A DNA stretch of 64,000 bases from a virus, in IMG/VR virus record IMGVR_UViG_3300008108_000036; one strand, written 5' to 3'. The notes beneath the pieces are model-generated. The model was not told where the DNA came from. It ran no database searches and worked only from the letters and a program-made list of their open reading frames with translations. Made by a program: the position numbers and the translations under genes. The first letter of the stretch is position 1, and each line of letters starts with the position of its first letter. This document shows, piece by piece, positions 1-9,592 of this stretch.

Positions 1-516
1 TATCTTGCTATAAATGTTGTAAATGAAGCAGCAAGATTTCAAGAAAAAATAGACGAAAATCCTCAACAATATTTTCCTTGTACTATGTATAATTTTTTCT
101 GGTTATATTTAAAGGAAATTCCTGAAACCATTTTATCAAAACTGAATTTACATTCTGATACTTTAAAATGGGTTGCGGAGCTTTATGAAATTTATGTAAT
201 TAAAGACATGACGCACGAAAGTGCTGAAGCAACTATTATAAATGAAGCTGTATGTTTAATTATTAAATCTCCATTTAATCGAAAAAAGCAAACGATTATT
301 TCTCTAAAAGACGACGTCGAAGTTATTGCTGGTAAATTAGAAGACTGTTTTGCACAATTTATTCAATTTGTATTTACTGATAAACGTATAATTCAAAAAC
401 TAGAAAAAGAAGAATCACTTAATACTTGGGTAGGGAGAGGTTTTGCTTGGAGAAAAGAACGAGTAAAGTATGATAAGATGAGTAAAAAACTTCCTGAATT
501 AGAAGAAATATTTTAG
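1..516 (+). CDS. hypothetical protein, LPELxGxF C-terminal-motif family (5' truncated)
   Basis: Frame is open from base 1; ends AWRKERVKYDKMSKKLPELEEIF. Confidence 0.8.
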   Translation, partial: YLAINVVNEAARFQEKIDENPQQYFPCTMYNFFWLYLKEIPETILSKLNLHSDTLKWVAELYEIYVIKDMTHESAEATIINEAVCLIIKSPFNRKKQTIISLKDDVEVIAGKLEDCFAQFIQFVFTDKRIIQKLEKEESLNTWVGRGFAWRKERVKYDKMSKKLPELEEIF

Positions 517-1068
517 ATGAAAACAAGAGATCAAAAGCTTTTAGAAGAAGCTTACCTTAAAGTCAAACGAAGAAAGTCTCCAGAGAGTATATATGATTAT
601 AATGTTGTAGTTGATTATATCGAAAATGGATGCAAAGGAGATTTAATAATAAACGGAAGTTATCTTACAAAACTCCCAGAAGAACTTCATTCCGTAGAAG
701 GAGATTTTCACATGATGAGTTCAAGCATTAAATATCTTCCTAAAAATTTGAAATACGTTGGAGGAGCTCTTTTTCTCATGGAAAGTCCTATACAATTTCT
801 TCCTGATGATCTTACTGTTGGAAAAGATCTTAGCTTGTTTAAATGTGAAAAAATTAAAATCCTTCCTAAAAACCTAAAAGTAGGAAAAGATTTGATATTG
901 CAAGACAGTTCAATTACTTCTCTAAATCAATTTTCTCCAGGAATTGAAGTTGAAGGCGACGTTTACTCTTATGATTTTACTTCAGAAGAAGCAAAAGCCC
1001 ACATAAAAGAATTGAATAAAATAAGTAAAATGGAACAACATTTACCGGAATTAAAGGGAATATTTTAA
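517..1068 (+). CDS. LRR-like repeat protein (VGGxLxL repeats), LPELxGxF family
   Basis: Repeats such as LPKNLKYVGGALFL and LPDDLTVGKDLSL; starts MKTRDQKLLEEAY; ends HLPELKGIF. Confidence 0.8.
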   Translation: MKTRDQKLLEEAYLKVKRRKSPESIYDYNVVVDYIENGCKGDLIINGSYLTKLPEELHSVEGDFHMMSSSIKYLPKNLKYVGGALFLMESPIQFLPDDLTVGKDLSLFKCEKIKILPKNLKVGKDLILQDSSITSLNQFSPGIEVEGDVYSYDFTSEEAKAHIKELNKISKMEQHLPELKGIF

Positions 1069-1071
1069 ATA

Positions 1072-1485
1072 ATGAAAAAATACAACTCGGTCAAAAATCA
1101 CTTCTTATCGATTGAACCAGTTGCTGCACATGTAAAAATATGCAATAAAATCTTTCCCATTAAAGTTTGGCAGCTTTTTGATCACGATGTTGCTGCTTTT
1201 GCAAAAGTTGAGGAATTCAAATCTTTAGAAGAATTTGAATCAAAAATGGGTTCCGTCAAAAACTGGCAACCTGTAGTATTAATAACAAAACTTCAATTAG
1301 ACAAGTTTTATAAGGATAGTTCAACTTACTCAACAGATCAACATCATTTCTATATTGTTGAGCCGACTTCCGAATTTAAGAGTCTTGATGACACAAAAAA
1401 GCCTGAGGTGTATAATGATTATTTAATTCAAGATGAATATGCAGCATTAAAAGATAAATTACCTGAACTAAAAGGTATATTTTAA
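1072..1485 (+). CDS. hypothetical protein, LPELxGxF family
   Basis: Ends LKDKLPELKGIF. Confidence 0.8.
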   Translation: MKKYNSVKNHFLSIEPVAAHVKICNKIFPIKVWQLFDHDVAAFAKVEEFKSLEEFESKMGSVKNWQPVVLITKLQLDKFYKDSSTYSTDQHHFYIVEPTSEFKSLDDTKKPEVYNDYLIQDEYAALKDKLPELKGIF

Positions 1486-1528
1486 GAAACTGATCGCTCT
1501 TTGCTATAACTTTCTAATAAATACAAAA

Positions 1529-2128
1529 GTGAGAAACAAAGATTGTAAAACGTTAGAATTATTGTACGAGGATATTACAAATCAGTATGTTTTATTGGAT
1601 GAGGAAAAGCAATTTATTGAGCAATTAGCTACCAATATTACAAGCAACATATATAAAAACATATCTCCTCATACTCGTTTTTACGGAACAGAGCGTCTCG
1701 ATAATATAGTCCATTCGAAATTTACAAATGATATAAATTTTGGTTCAGCATTCACTAATATAACTCAAGAACAAAGACGCGCAATTGCTTTTGTGTTTGA
1801 ACAATCAATTTTAATTGTGTTATACTGCTATTTGGTTGCAATAGAAGGGCGAGATCGACCGGAAAGTGTTTGCTTTAAAACAGTTGATCAATGGATGGAC
1901 AGAGTTCATGATAAAGAAATAAAAGTACCTTACGAAAATAAAAAAGAAGTATTTGAAATGATGAAAAAAACTATTATAAACTTGTTGTTTTTTGTCTATA
2001 ATAGTTACGCCGATCCAAACGGAATGTATCATAACGAAACGGTAAGGATATGGTATGAATGGAGAAAAGAAAAAATTAGATACAAAAAACTTGTAAATAA
2101 GTTACCCGAATTAGAAGGTGTATTTTAA
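1529..2128 (+). CDS. hypothetical protein, LPELxGxF family
   Basis: GTG start 5 nt after TAAATA; starts NKDCKTLELLYE; ends WYEWRKEKIRYKKLVNKLPELEGVF. Confidence 0.8.
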   Translation: MRNKDCKTLELLYEDITNQYVLLDEEKQFIEQLATNITSNIYKNISPHTRFYGTERLDNIVHSKFTNDINFGSAFTNITQEQRRAIAFVFEQSILIVLYCYLVAIEGRDRPESVCFKTVDQWMDRVHDKEIKVPYENKKEVFEMMKKTIINLLFFVYNSYADPNGMYHNETVRIWYEWRKEKIRYKKLVNKLPELEGVF

Positions 2129-2191
2129 GCTATGCGAACGTCTTCGAGCAATTAGAGTATTTATAAAAAGTAATAATTACTATTGTATAAC

Positions 2192-2812
2192 ATGATCAAA
2201 TTATATATAAACGATCAAAAAACGTTAGAACTTCTTTATGAGCAGGTTTCTAATAATTTGATAAATGTCTTGCTTCCTGAAGAAGAGAGATTTGTTAATC
2301 TTGTTGCGGAGAAATATACTAAAGAAGTCTTTATTGCAGTAAAACGAATGGAAATTACAACGTCTGGATTTTTTTTAGATCAAATTTTTTTTACTAATCC
2401 TATAAAATATGATTTAGACGTGTTAAAAGTCGAGGACATCAAATTAAAAGAGGATGTTCGTGAAACAATCGACGATTTAATTTTAAAGCAAATAAACTCA
2501 AAGCTAATTTATTTGCACAAAACAAAACGAGGGCCGTTTATAGTTTTTAAAGACATTGAAATCTTGAGTGATTTGCACACTAAAGAAAATTCAAGCTTTT
2601 TAATAATCAAAGAAAACGAACAACTAATAACAACCTATGTTGAGCGGTTATTGAGACAGCTTATAATATATTTTTATAATATTTTAATAACATCTAGCAA
2701 GTCGGTACCACATTCTCTCGAAAATTTAAATTGGGTTAAGTGGCGGACAAAAAAGCTTAAACTTAAAAACCTCAGACAAAAACTTCCGGAATTAGAAGGA
2801 GTGTTTTCGTGA
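2192..2812 (+). CDS. hypothetical protein, LPELxGxF family
   Basis: Probable ATG at 2192; NDQKTLELLYEQV near N-terminus; ends QKLPELEGVFS. Confidence 0.8.
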   Translation: MIKLYINDQKTLELLYEQVSNNLINVLLPEEERFVNLVAEKYTKEVFIAVKRMEITTSGFFLDQIFFTNPIKYDLDVLKVEDIKLKEDVRETIDDLILKQINSKLIYLHKTKRGPFIVFKDIEILSDLHTKENSSFLIIKENEQLITTYVERLLRQLIIYFYNILITSSKSVPHSLENLNWVKWRTKKLKLKNLRQKLPELEGVFS

Positions 2813-3159
2813 AAGATCAAATATTAATTGCAGAAGTCTATTATCATGTTTTAGAAGAAAGAGCTAAAAAAACGTATAATGAATTATTAGCTCTTTTTAA
2901 AGAGCTTACCAATAACGAAAATCCTCAACCAGGAGACGAATATATATATGAATATAATAATTCGATTTATAAAATTGTTAAAACAAAAGACGGATTTCAA
3001 TGGGGAAATTGGTGGCAAGGTCAACTATGGGGTAGGTTTATAACTCAGCACTCTACGAGTGACGTAAGGGATAATGAAAAGCTGATAGAGTTTCTTAAAG
3101 CAACAAAAGTCAGGGAATTGGAAAAAAAGCTTCCTGAAATTGAAGGATTTTTTAGATGA
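2809..3159 (+). CDS. hypothetical protein, LPELxGxF family
   Basis: GTGA overlap with previous gene; starts MKDQILIAEVY; ends KKLPEIEGFFR. Confidence 0.75.
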   Translation: MKDQILIAEVYYHVLEERAKKTYNELLALFKELTNNENPQPGDEYIYEYNNSIYKIVKTKDGFQWGNWWQGQLWGRFITQHSTSDVRDNEKLIEFLKATKVRELEKKLPEIEGFFR

Positions 3160-3737
3160 AAACTAATGATCAAAAAAGCTTAGAACGACTTTACGAGCAA
3201 GTTACTAATAATGATTTTATGCTACTTAAAGAGGAAGACGTGTTGTTTGATGCAATAAGTTCTTTAATCACTAAAGAAGTTCAAAAAGTATTGAGAACCG
3301 TTGGAGATCTTAACGGTTATAGTCATTCCAGCTTGGGACAAATAGTACACAGTTTAAGTAATACTATTAATGCTAAAGACTTTGTCTGTAAGTATTTTCC
3401 TTCAGAAATTAAAGAACAAGCTGCTTTCGTTTATTTTGCGGGTATAATTTATTATATTGTAAGAAATAAAGTATTTCTTAAAAGATATTACGAACCGGAA
3501 GACATGTTGTGCTTCGAATTTGAAACTTCTGGTAGAGTCACAAATGTCAAGAGAAGAGTCGACGTTAAAGACAAAGAAAAGTTTAAACAATCTCTTAAGG
3601 AATGGTTTGTCAATCAATTAGAATTTATGTATGCGAGTTTTGCTCATGAATATCCAGAATGGGATAAATGGAGAGAAAATGAATTAAAATACGAGAAACT
3701 AAAGCAGAAGCATTCAGAACTAAAAGGAATTTTTTAA
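3156..3737 (+). CDS. hypothetical protein, LPELxGxF family
   Basis: ATGA overlap; starts MKTNDQKSLERLYEQV; ends WDKWRENELKYEKLKQKHSELKGIF. Confidence 0.8.
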   Translation: MKTNDQKSLERLYEQVTNNDFMLLKEEDVLFDAISSLITKEVQKVLRTVGDLNGYSHSSLGQIVHSLSNTINAKDFVCKYFPSEIKEQAAFVYFAGIIYYIVRNKVFLKRYYEPEDMLCFEFETSGRVTNVKRRVDVKDKEKFKQSLKEWFVNQLEFMYASFAHEYPEWDKWRENELKYEKLKQKHSELKGIF

Positions 3738-3769
3738 ACAAAAAAAAAAATGTACTGCTAATAAATTTT

Positions 3770-4036
3770 TTACAATCTCCAAATAGTAGTCGATACACTG
3801 TCTCCACATTGTTCGCAAACATAATCATCATGCTCCCAATCATCAGGTTGAAAAAGATGAACTACATTTTCAAACAAAATAGTTTGCTCATTAAGACCGT
3901 CTTTTATCTTTTCAAACAAATAAGTTAATACCTCGTTACGCTCGTCGTCATTAAATTCCGAAAGAGACTTCCCGTTTATAGTAAAGTCAAACGCAGTGCA
4001 TCCTGTAATTTCTTTAATTTCGTATTTAGTTTTCAT
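3770..4036 (-). CDS. hypothetical phage protein
   Basis: Likely start MKTKYEIKE overlapping the previous stop; C-terminal CxxC. Confidence 0.6.
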   Translation of the reverse strand: MKTKYEIKEITGCTAFDFTINGKSLSEFNDDERNEVLTYLFEKIKDGLNEQTILFENVVHLFQPDDWEHDDYVCEQCGDSVSTTIWRL

Positions 4037-4332
4037 TGTTTTCTGTACTGTTTGACGGTTTCCCAAAGAGATTCTATGGTATGGCATATTTCATTACCAT
4101 CTGCATCTTGAGCGGGAAGTATTTTTCCATTAAATCCTTCTCTTTCATATAAAAACCAACTAATCCAGTCACATCCTTCTTCTTCAAAAATGCTTTTTAA
4201 TAAAATAGTAACAACATTATGATAATCTTCATCATAGTTCATTAAATCAAGTCCAATTAAATAAGCAGAATGTGACCGTTCGCTGACTTTTTTTAATCTT
4301 TCGATTACTTCTTTAAATTGTTTGAAATCCAT
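4033..4332 (-). CDS. hypothetical phage protein
   Basis: Likely start MDFKQFKEVI; DWISWFLYE motif. Confidence 0.6.
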   Translation of the reverse strand: MDFKQFKEVIERLKKVSERSHSAYLIGLDLMNYDEDYHNVVTILLKSIFEEEGCDWISWFLYEREGFNGKILPAQDADGNEICHTIESLWETVKQYRKQ

Positions 4333-4339
4333 AAAAACG

Positions 4340-4954
4340 CTATGTCCAAAAATAATCTCTTCTTTTAATAAGTTCATTTAAAGTTTCTGTGTCTTTATCA
4401 TTTATTAATTTTTCAATTCTATTAACTTCAGCATATTTGACTTCATAAGGAATTCCATCATCAACCATAGTGAACATTCTTCTACCTTGCTCATCAGTAG
4501 TAGGAGTAAACATTTCTTCGAGAGATCTTGATGGTGGATATGCTTTATTCATATCGTTTTCAAGAGAAGGTCTTTCTTTTGTTATATAATTGTAGGCCTT
4601 TTCTAACCATTCTGCAAATTCTTTATGTTGTTCAGTTGCATTCCAATCAACAATATCAGCTTTATATTCTTCTTCATAAAAAGCTTTAATAAACTCAAAA
4701 TTTACTTCAATTATCAAATGGGAAATATCAGACCACTGTTTAGGAATAGCTTTTCTAATTCTTTGATTACAGGGTTTAAAGAGAGGTTTAATTTTATCAT
4801 AATAAATTAGAGACCATCTATATGGAAGCAAATCCCATATATCCCAAACATCAAACTTCTTTAAAAAAAAATTTCTAACAGACCAAAAAAATCCTTTATT
4901 TTCTTTTGGTGTTATTAGGCAATGATTTCGAGAAAAAAACTTATCTTGTGTCAT
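4340..4954 (-). CDS. hypothetical phage protein
   Basis: 204-aa ORF ending RRDYFWT; TTGATT..TAAGCT promoter-like site upstream. Confidence 0.7.
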   Translation of the reverse strand: MTQDKFFSRNHCLITPKENKGFFWSVRNFFLKKFDVWDIWDLLPYRWSLIYYDKIKPLFKPCNQRIRKAIPKQWSDISHLIIEVNFEFIKAFYEEEYKADIVDWNATEQHKEFAEWLEKAYNYITKERPSLENDMNKAYPPSRSLEEMFTPTTDEQGRRMFTMVDDGIPYEVKYAEVNRIEKLINDKDTETLNELIKRRDYFWT

Positions 4955-5088
4955 ATTATTTTAAAGCTTCCTAAGCTTAAACTATTTTGCTAAAAAATCA
5001 ACAACAACGAATTATTTCCACTGTTTATGCGTATTTTACACATGCTAATCTTAAAATTTTCCTGTTAATTTCATAAGTAAATATTGTT

Positions 5089-6045
5089 ATGAAAAGTAAT
5101 GTCCCCAGTAAAGCGGCTAAAAAAGTATTGTTGATTGGAAGTAACGGCTATATTGGAAGTTTTTTGCTGTCGTATTTGTCGGACAAATTTGATGTCAGTG
5201 GCATTGATTTGGGGTGGTTTAACTCTTTAACGACTAAAGAACAGCAGCTAGATTATAACACATTAAGTGAACAATTCATTCAAAGTTTTGATTCTATAAT
5301 TCTACTTGCTGGCCATTCAAGCGTAAAAATGTGTGAGAGAGACATGACAAGCTCGTTTAATAATAACATAAAAAACTTTCAAAATCTTCTCAACAAGATG
5401 AATTGCAGGCAAAAACTTATATATGCTAGTAGTTCAAGTGTGTATGGAATGGTTGGGACCTCGAGGGTATCTGAAGATTATTCTAGCTTTATTCCTCATA
5501 ATAATTACGATGTAACAAAGCATATTATAGACAGTTTAGCACAAAGATCTGAAATAGAATATTATGGTCTTCGTTTTGGAACAGTTAATGGATATTCTCC
5601 TAATACTCGAAGTGACGTAATGATAAATTCTATGGTTTATAGTGCTATGACAAACAATGAAATCAAATTATATATAAAAGATGTGATGAGGCCAATTTTA
5701 GGCTTAAATGATTTAAGTCGAGCAGTAGATGTTATTTTAGACAATTCAACAAACTTAAAAGGATTATACAATTTAGCTTCTTTTTCAAATACCGCAGAAA
5801 ACATTGCAAAAGAAGTTAGTCGAATTACGAAAGTTCCGATTACTCATTATACAAGCGATCCTAACAACATAAAAAACGCTAAATTAGAAACAAAATGTTA
5901 TAATTTCGATATTGATTGCACTAAGTTTAAAAATACGTTCAATTTCGCTTTTTATGATACGTTAGAAAGCTTAACCGAAAACTTAATACTTCGTTTTTCA
6001 AAAATAAATTTTAGTGATAGGAGTAGTAATAAAAAATATGAATAA
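5089..6045 (+). CDS. NAD-dependent epimerase/dehydratase (extended SDR)
   Basis: GSNGYIG Rossmann motif, YASSSSVYG, YxxxK (YDVTK), LRFGTVNG. Confidence 0.9.
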   Translation: MKSNVPSKAAKKVLLIGSNGYIGSFLLSYLSDKFDVSGIDLGWFNSLTTKEQQLDYNTLSEQFIQSFDSIILLAGHSSVKMCERDMTSSFNNNIKNFQNLLNKMNCRQKLIYASSSSVYGMVGTSRVSEDYSSFIPHNNYDVTKHIIDSLAQRSEIEYYGLRFGTVNGYSPNTRSDVMINSMVYSAMTNNEIKLYIKDVMRPILGLNDLSRAVDVILDNSTNLKGLYNLASFSNTAENIAKEVSRITKVPITHYTSDPNNIKNAKLETKCYNFDIDCTKFKNTFNFAFYDTLESLTENLILRFSKINFSDRSSNKKYE

Positions 6046-7249
6046 CTTTAAGCTAATAACTAAATGTAGGTGTTGTGAAAACGATGTAGAGGAAATTTTA
6101 GATTTAACTGATCAACCATTAGCTAATTCCTATCATCCACTGCATGAAAAATTACATAAATTTCCTTTAAAATTAAATTTATGTAAATCATGTTTCCACA
6201 CACAATTAAGCGTAGTGGTTGATCCTAATGAAATGTTTAAGCACTATTTGTATGTCAGCGGAACGACACAAACTTTAAAAGAATACTTTGATTTTTTTGC
6301 TAAGTTTACAATCCATAGATTTAAAACTTTCTTCAACGTAAATGCGAAAACCGTGCTAGACATAGCATGTAATGATGGGACTCAATTACATTTTTATAAA
6401 AATAAAGGATTAGAAACTTTTGGAATTGATCCTGCTGAAAATCTGCATAATATAAGCAGTAAAGAACATAACGTTGTTTGCGATTATTTTCCTTCTAATA
6501 AACTAGACAGAAAATATAACATTATAATTGCACAAAACGTTTTTGCTCATACGCATACTATTTTCGAATTTTTAACGAAATGCTCTGAACTCATTGAAAA
6601 AAACGGATTAATTTACATCCAAACTTCTCAAGCAAATATGATAAAAAACAACGAGTTTGATACAATATATCACGAGCACTTGTCGTTTTTTAACTCTCTT
6701 TCAATGAAAACTATTGTAGAACGTTGCGGTCTCAAACTCAATAACGTTTTTAAATTTGACATACATGGAACGAGTTATGTATTTGAAATATCAAAACACA
6801 ATCTCAATTCGAATTTAGAATCTGTTCTTAAAGAAGAAGCTGAAAACGGTTTATATAATATAAAAACATATAGAGCATTTACTGAAAACGCGAAATCAAT
6901 AGCTGTAGAATTTAAAAAAACAATTGAGGAGCATAAAAATAACGGGTACGACGTTATTGGTTATGGAGCAGCAGCAAAAGGCATGACGTTCCTCAACTTT
7001 GCCCAAACTTATCTATATTATATTATAGATGATAATAAGTTAAAGCACGACCTATACTCTCCAGGAAGTGATACTATTATTAAAGGAATAGAAACTTTAG
7101 CTGCTAAAAACAAAGAACACAAAAAAATTCTTTTCGTTCCTCTAGCTTGGAATTTTTATACCGAAATTCGTGAAAGAATTAAAAAAGTTAGAAACAACGA
7201 AAACGATTTATTTTTAAAATATTTTCCAAAAGTGGAAGTATTAAAATAA
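6038..7249 (+). CDS. NDP-sugar C-methyltransferase (Zn-binding N-terminus, class I SAM)
   Basis: CRCC..QPLAN..CKSC, LDIACNDGT, FDTIYHEH, GYGAAAKG. Confidence 0.9.
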   Translation: MNNFKLITKCRCCENDVEEILDLTDQPLANSYHPLHEKLHKFPLKLNLCKSCFHTQLSVVVDPNEMFKHYLYVSGTTQTLKEYFDFFAKFTIHRFKTFFNVNAKTVLDIACNDGTQLHFYKNKGLETFGIDPAENLHNISSKEHNVVCDYFPSNKLDRKYNIIIAQNVFAHTHTIFEFLTKCSELIEKNGLIYIQTSQANMIKNNEFDTIYHEHLSFFNSLSMKTIVERCGLKLNNVFKFDIHGTSYVFEISKHNLNSNLESVLKEEAENGLYNIKTYRAFTENAKSIAVEFKKTIEEHKNNGYDVIGYGAAAKGMTFLNFAQTYLYYIIDDNKLKHDLYSPGSDTIIKGIETLAAKNKEHKKILFVPLAWNFYTEIRERIKKVRNNENDLFLKYFPKVEVLK

Positions 7250-7261
7250 CTCAATAGTTAA

Positions 7262-8011
7262 ATGAAAACTATTCTTAGCCATTTTTATAACGAAGAATAT
7301 CTCCTACCATTTTGGTTAAATCATCATAAAAAATTTTTTGATCACGGCATAATGATAAACTATCAATCTACAGATAAATCTGTAGAAATAATAAAAACTA
7401 TTTGCCCAACGTGGGAAATTCATGATAGTAGAAATAATTGCTTTGATGCAATAAAAGTTGATCGAGAAATAATAGTATATGAGAGATCGATACAAGGTTG
7501 GAGAATTTGTTTAAATACTACAGAATTTTTAGTTGGAGACTATACAACACTCGACAATTTATTAGATATGCAACAACAGCTAATAGTACCTGTGTATACA
7601 ATGGTAGACAAAAAGGAATTAACGAACGAAGAAGTTGTAATTAATGATTTGATTAGAGAGAAAACTTTCGGCCTTCCTAATCCTGAAGATTGGGGCAGAT
7701 CACTTCACAATTTTGTTATAGGGGGATATTCGCCCGGAAGACACTGGCTCTGGGGTTTTGAAGGGTGTCGTCGGACTGACAATTTTGTAATATTAAGATA
7801 TACGTATTCTCCTTGGAATAAGAGTTTTATTTCTAGAAAATTACAAATTGGAAATAAAATACCTGAGTCTGATAAAAAAGCAAGATTTGGTGTTCAACAT
7901 TTTTATTCCGAAGAAAAACATGCTGAAATTTTAGCAAATTTTCAAAAACGTTGTGTGGACTTGTCGATATTACCTATTTTAAATAATAAACAAATACGAG
8001 ACTTTTTTTAA
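7262..8011 (+). CDS. glycosyltransferase family 2-like
   Basis: FYNEEYLLPFWLNHH...STDKS...W..LNTTEF pattern. Confidence 0.7.
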   Translation: MKTILSHFYNEEYLLPFWLNHHKKFFDHGIMINYQSTDKSVEIIKTICPTWEIHDSRNNCFDAIKVDREIIVYERSIQGWRICLNTTEFLVGDYTTLDNLLDMQQQLIVPVYTMVDKKELTNEEVVINDLIREKTFGLPNPEDWGRSLHNFVIGGYSPGRHWLWGFEGCRRTDNFVILRYTYSPWNKSFISRKLQIGNKIPESDKKARFGVQHFYSEEKHAEILANFQKRCVDLSILPILNNKQIRDFF

Positions 8012-8045
8012 TTACATATAAACAGAGAAAAAAAATATTAGGGAT

Positions 8046-8285
8046 TCAATGGGTCGTATTTTTAGCGTTTTTAGTTAGAAATTGTTTTAAATCCCAAGAA
8101 TACACTCCGTGCTCGCCGTTTTCTAAGAGCGGACAAGTTTTTCCTCTCATAAAATTATCCCAAGCTTCTAATTTTTCGTATGGCAGCGATGACAATATGA
8201 CGCTTTCTTTTAAATACTGTTGGGTTTCCGTTAGTTTTAACAGAAAACGGTTCCATTCCGTCATCGAATCGTTGTTCTTGGCCAT
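8046..8285 (-). CDS. hypothetical protein
   Basis: Part of a coupled minus-strand run of small ORFs. Confidence 0.5.
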   Translation of the reverse strand: MAKNNDSMTEWNRFLLKLTETQQYLKESVILSSLPYEKLEAWDNFMRGKTCPLLENGEHGVYSWDLKQFLTKNAKNTTH

Positions 8286-8575
8286 TTAGGATTAATCCAT
8301 TTATCAAAACGTTTAAATGTATTAGTTAGATGTTTCTCACAAGCTCCTTTAGCTGCTTGTTCCGTTTTATATGAAACTTTAGATATTTTAACGGGATCTG
8401 AATCGGTTTTTGTGAGATACATACTAGCTTCATATTTGCTTTTGTGTTCTGTTGAGTTTTCAGTATCGTAACATTCAACAATATACTCCCAATTGATGAT
8501 AGGTACTTTTGCTGAATACCAGCTTCCGGATTTATCATCCAACCATTTTTTTTTCCAAGTCAATTTTGTTTTCAT
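8261..8575 (-). CDS. hypothetical protein
   Basis: Small ORF in the minus-strand run. Confidence 0.55.
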   Translation of the reverse strand: MKTKLTWKKKWLDDKSGSWYSAKVPIINWEYIVECYDTENSTEHKSKYEASMYLTKTDSDPVKISKVSYKTEQAAKGACEKHLTNTFKRFDKWINPKWPRTTIR

Positions 8576-8984
8576 TTATTAAGTTTAATAGATAGTTTAT
8601 ATGGGTTTGTAAGTTTGTCAAGTCTTCTTCTAAGATAGATGAGACGGTAGCGTGAAAGGTTGGTCCCGCATAGTTTCTTTTATTGTGCAGAATTGAATTG
8701 GGATAGTATCTAATTTCGAAAACAAAATATTCTTCAGCAACCGGAATTAAGGCTTCCAAGTGCATTCTTGTATGTTTTTTATTTTGACTTCTAAAACCAA
8801 ATTGCCACATCGTTAATGACTCTTCTCTGTCTGGCCTTTCTGAGGCTACAGACATATTATTCCACACGGAATTATAAACCCCATCAGAATACCAAAAAAA
8901 CTGGAGTTCTTCAAATCCATTCTGTGTTAAAACTTTTTTGAATGAATTTACTTTTTTAATTAGTTTTGTTAGTTCAGGACTCAT
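8535..8984 (-). CDS. hypothetical protein
   Basis: Likely start MSPELTK. Confidence 0.55.
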   Translation of the reverse strand: MSPELTKLIKKVNSFKKVLTQNGFEELQFFWYSDGVYNSVWNNMSVASERPDREESLTMWQFGFRSQNKKHTRMHLEALIPVAEEYFVFEIRYYPNSILHNKRNYAGPTFHATVSSILEEDLTNLQTHINYLLNLINENKIDLEKKMVG

Positions 8985-9210
8985 TTTTAATATTAAACCA
9001 CGAGAGCTCAACTTCTTCGTTTGTTTCTTCTAAAATAACTCCAGTAGAAGAAGAAGCTACGTTTATTTCTTTTACAGTATACTCATTACCAGTAATAAGT
9101 TTTTCAGCATTTTTAATACGATTTATAAACCAATGGTGTTGGGATTTCGTAAAGATTATTTTATCTCCAACTTTGGTGTTTAAATATGTTGCGTAGGTTG
9201 TAGAAATCAT
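8974..9210 (-). CDS. hypothetical protein
   Basis: 78 aa; a degenerate copy lies at 10521-10662. Confidence 0.6.
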   Translation of the reverse strand: MISTTYATYLNTKVGDKIIFTKSQHHWFINRIKNAEKLITGNEYTVKEINVASSSTGVILEETNEEVELSWFNIKNES

Positions 9211-9407
9211 TTTGCTTTGATAATATTGAATGCTTTGTTAGGGTTTATGTTGTTAACTTTGACTAAGCAGCTCGTTTTTAATTTTAGTGTTTGCGTTTGG
9301 GGTGCCACAAAGTTTCTAAAATAATTTAATAAATATCGTTTGTTGGGATTATCATAAATCACTCCATTTTCAACATTATGGGAATAAGACCAATCATTGC
9401 ATTTCAT
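9207..9407 (-). CDS. hypothetical protein
   Basis: ATGA overlap with the next gene. Confidence 0.45.
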   Translation of the reverse strand: MKCNDWSYSHNVENGVIYDNPNKRYLLNYFRNFVAPQTQTLKLKTSCLVKVNNINPNKAFNIIKAK

Positions 9408-9592
9408 ATTAGTTCGGAAATAATACCTCTGCTATTTTTGTTCATAGCAAACTTATTAATTTTACGCAAACAATTTCCAAATATTCTCTTCCTGGAAGTT
9501 CCTCATGATTTGAAACCTAAATGTTTTAACACAGTTTCGCACATTTTATTTTATTAGAGCTGCTCATCTGACTTTGTTTATTTTCGTAAAAT

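Noticed and set aside
1-3737. Terminal repeats as a DNA-level element (attC sites, CRISPR, integron-like cassettes)
   Set aside because: Variation is at synonymous positions, there is no palindromic structure or constant spacing, and no integrase or cas gene is present.
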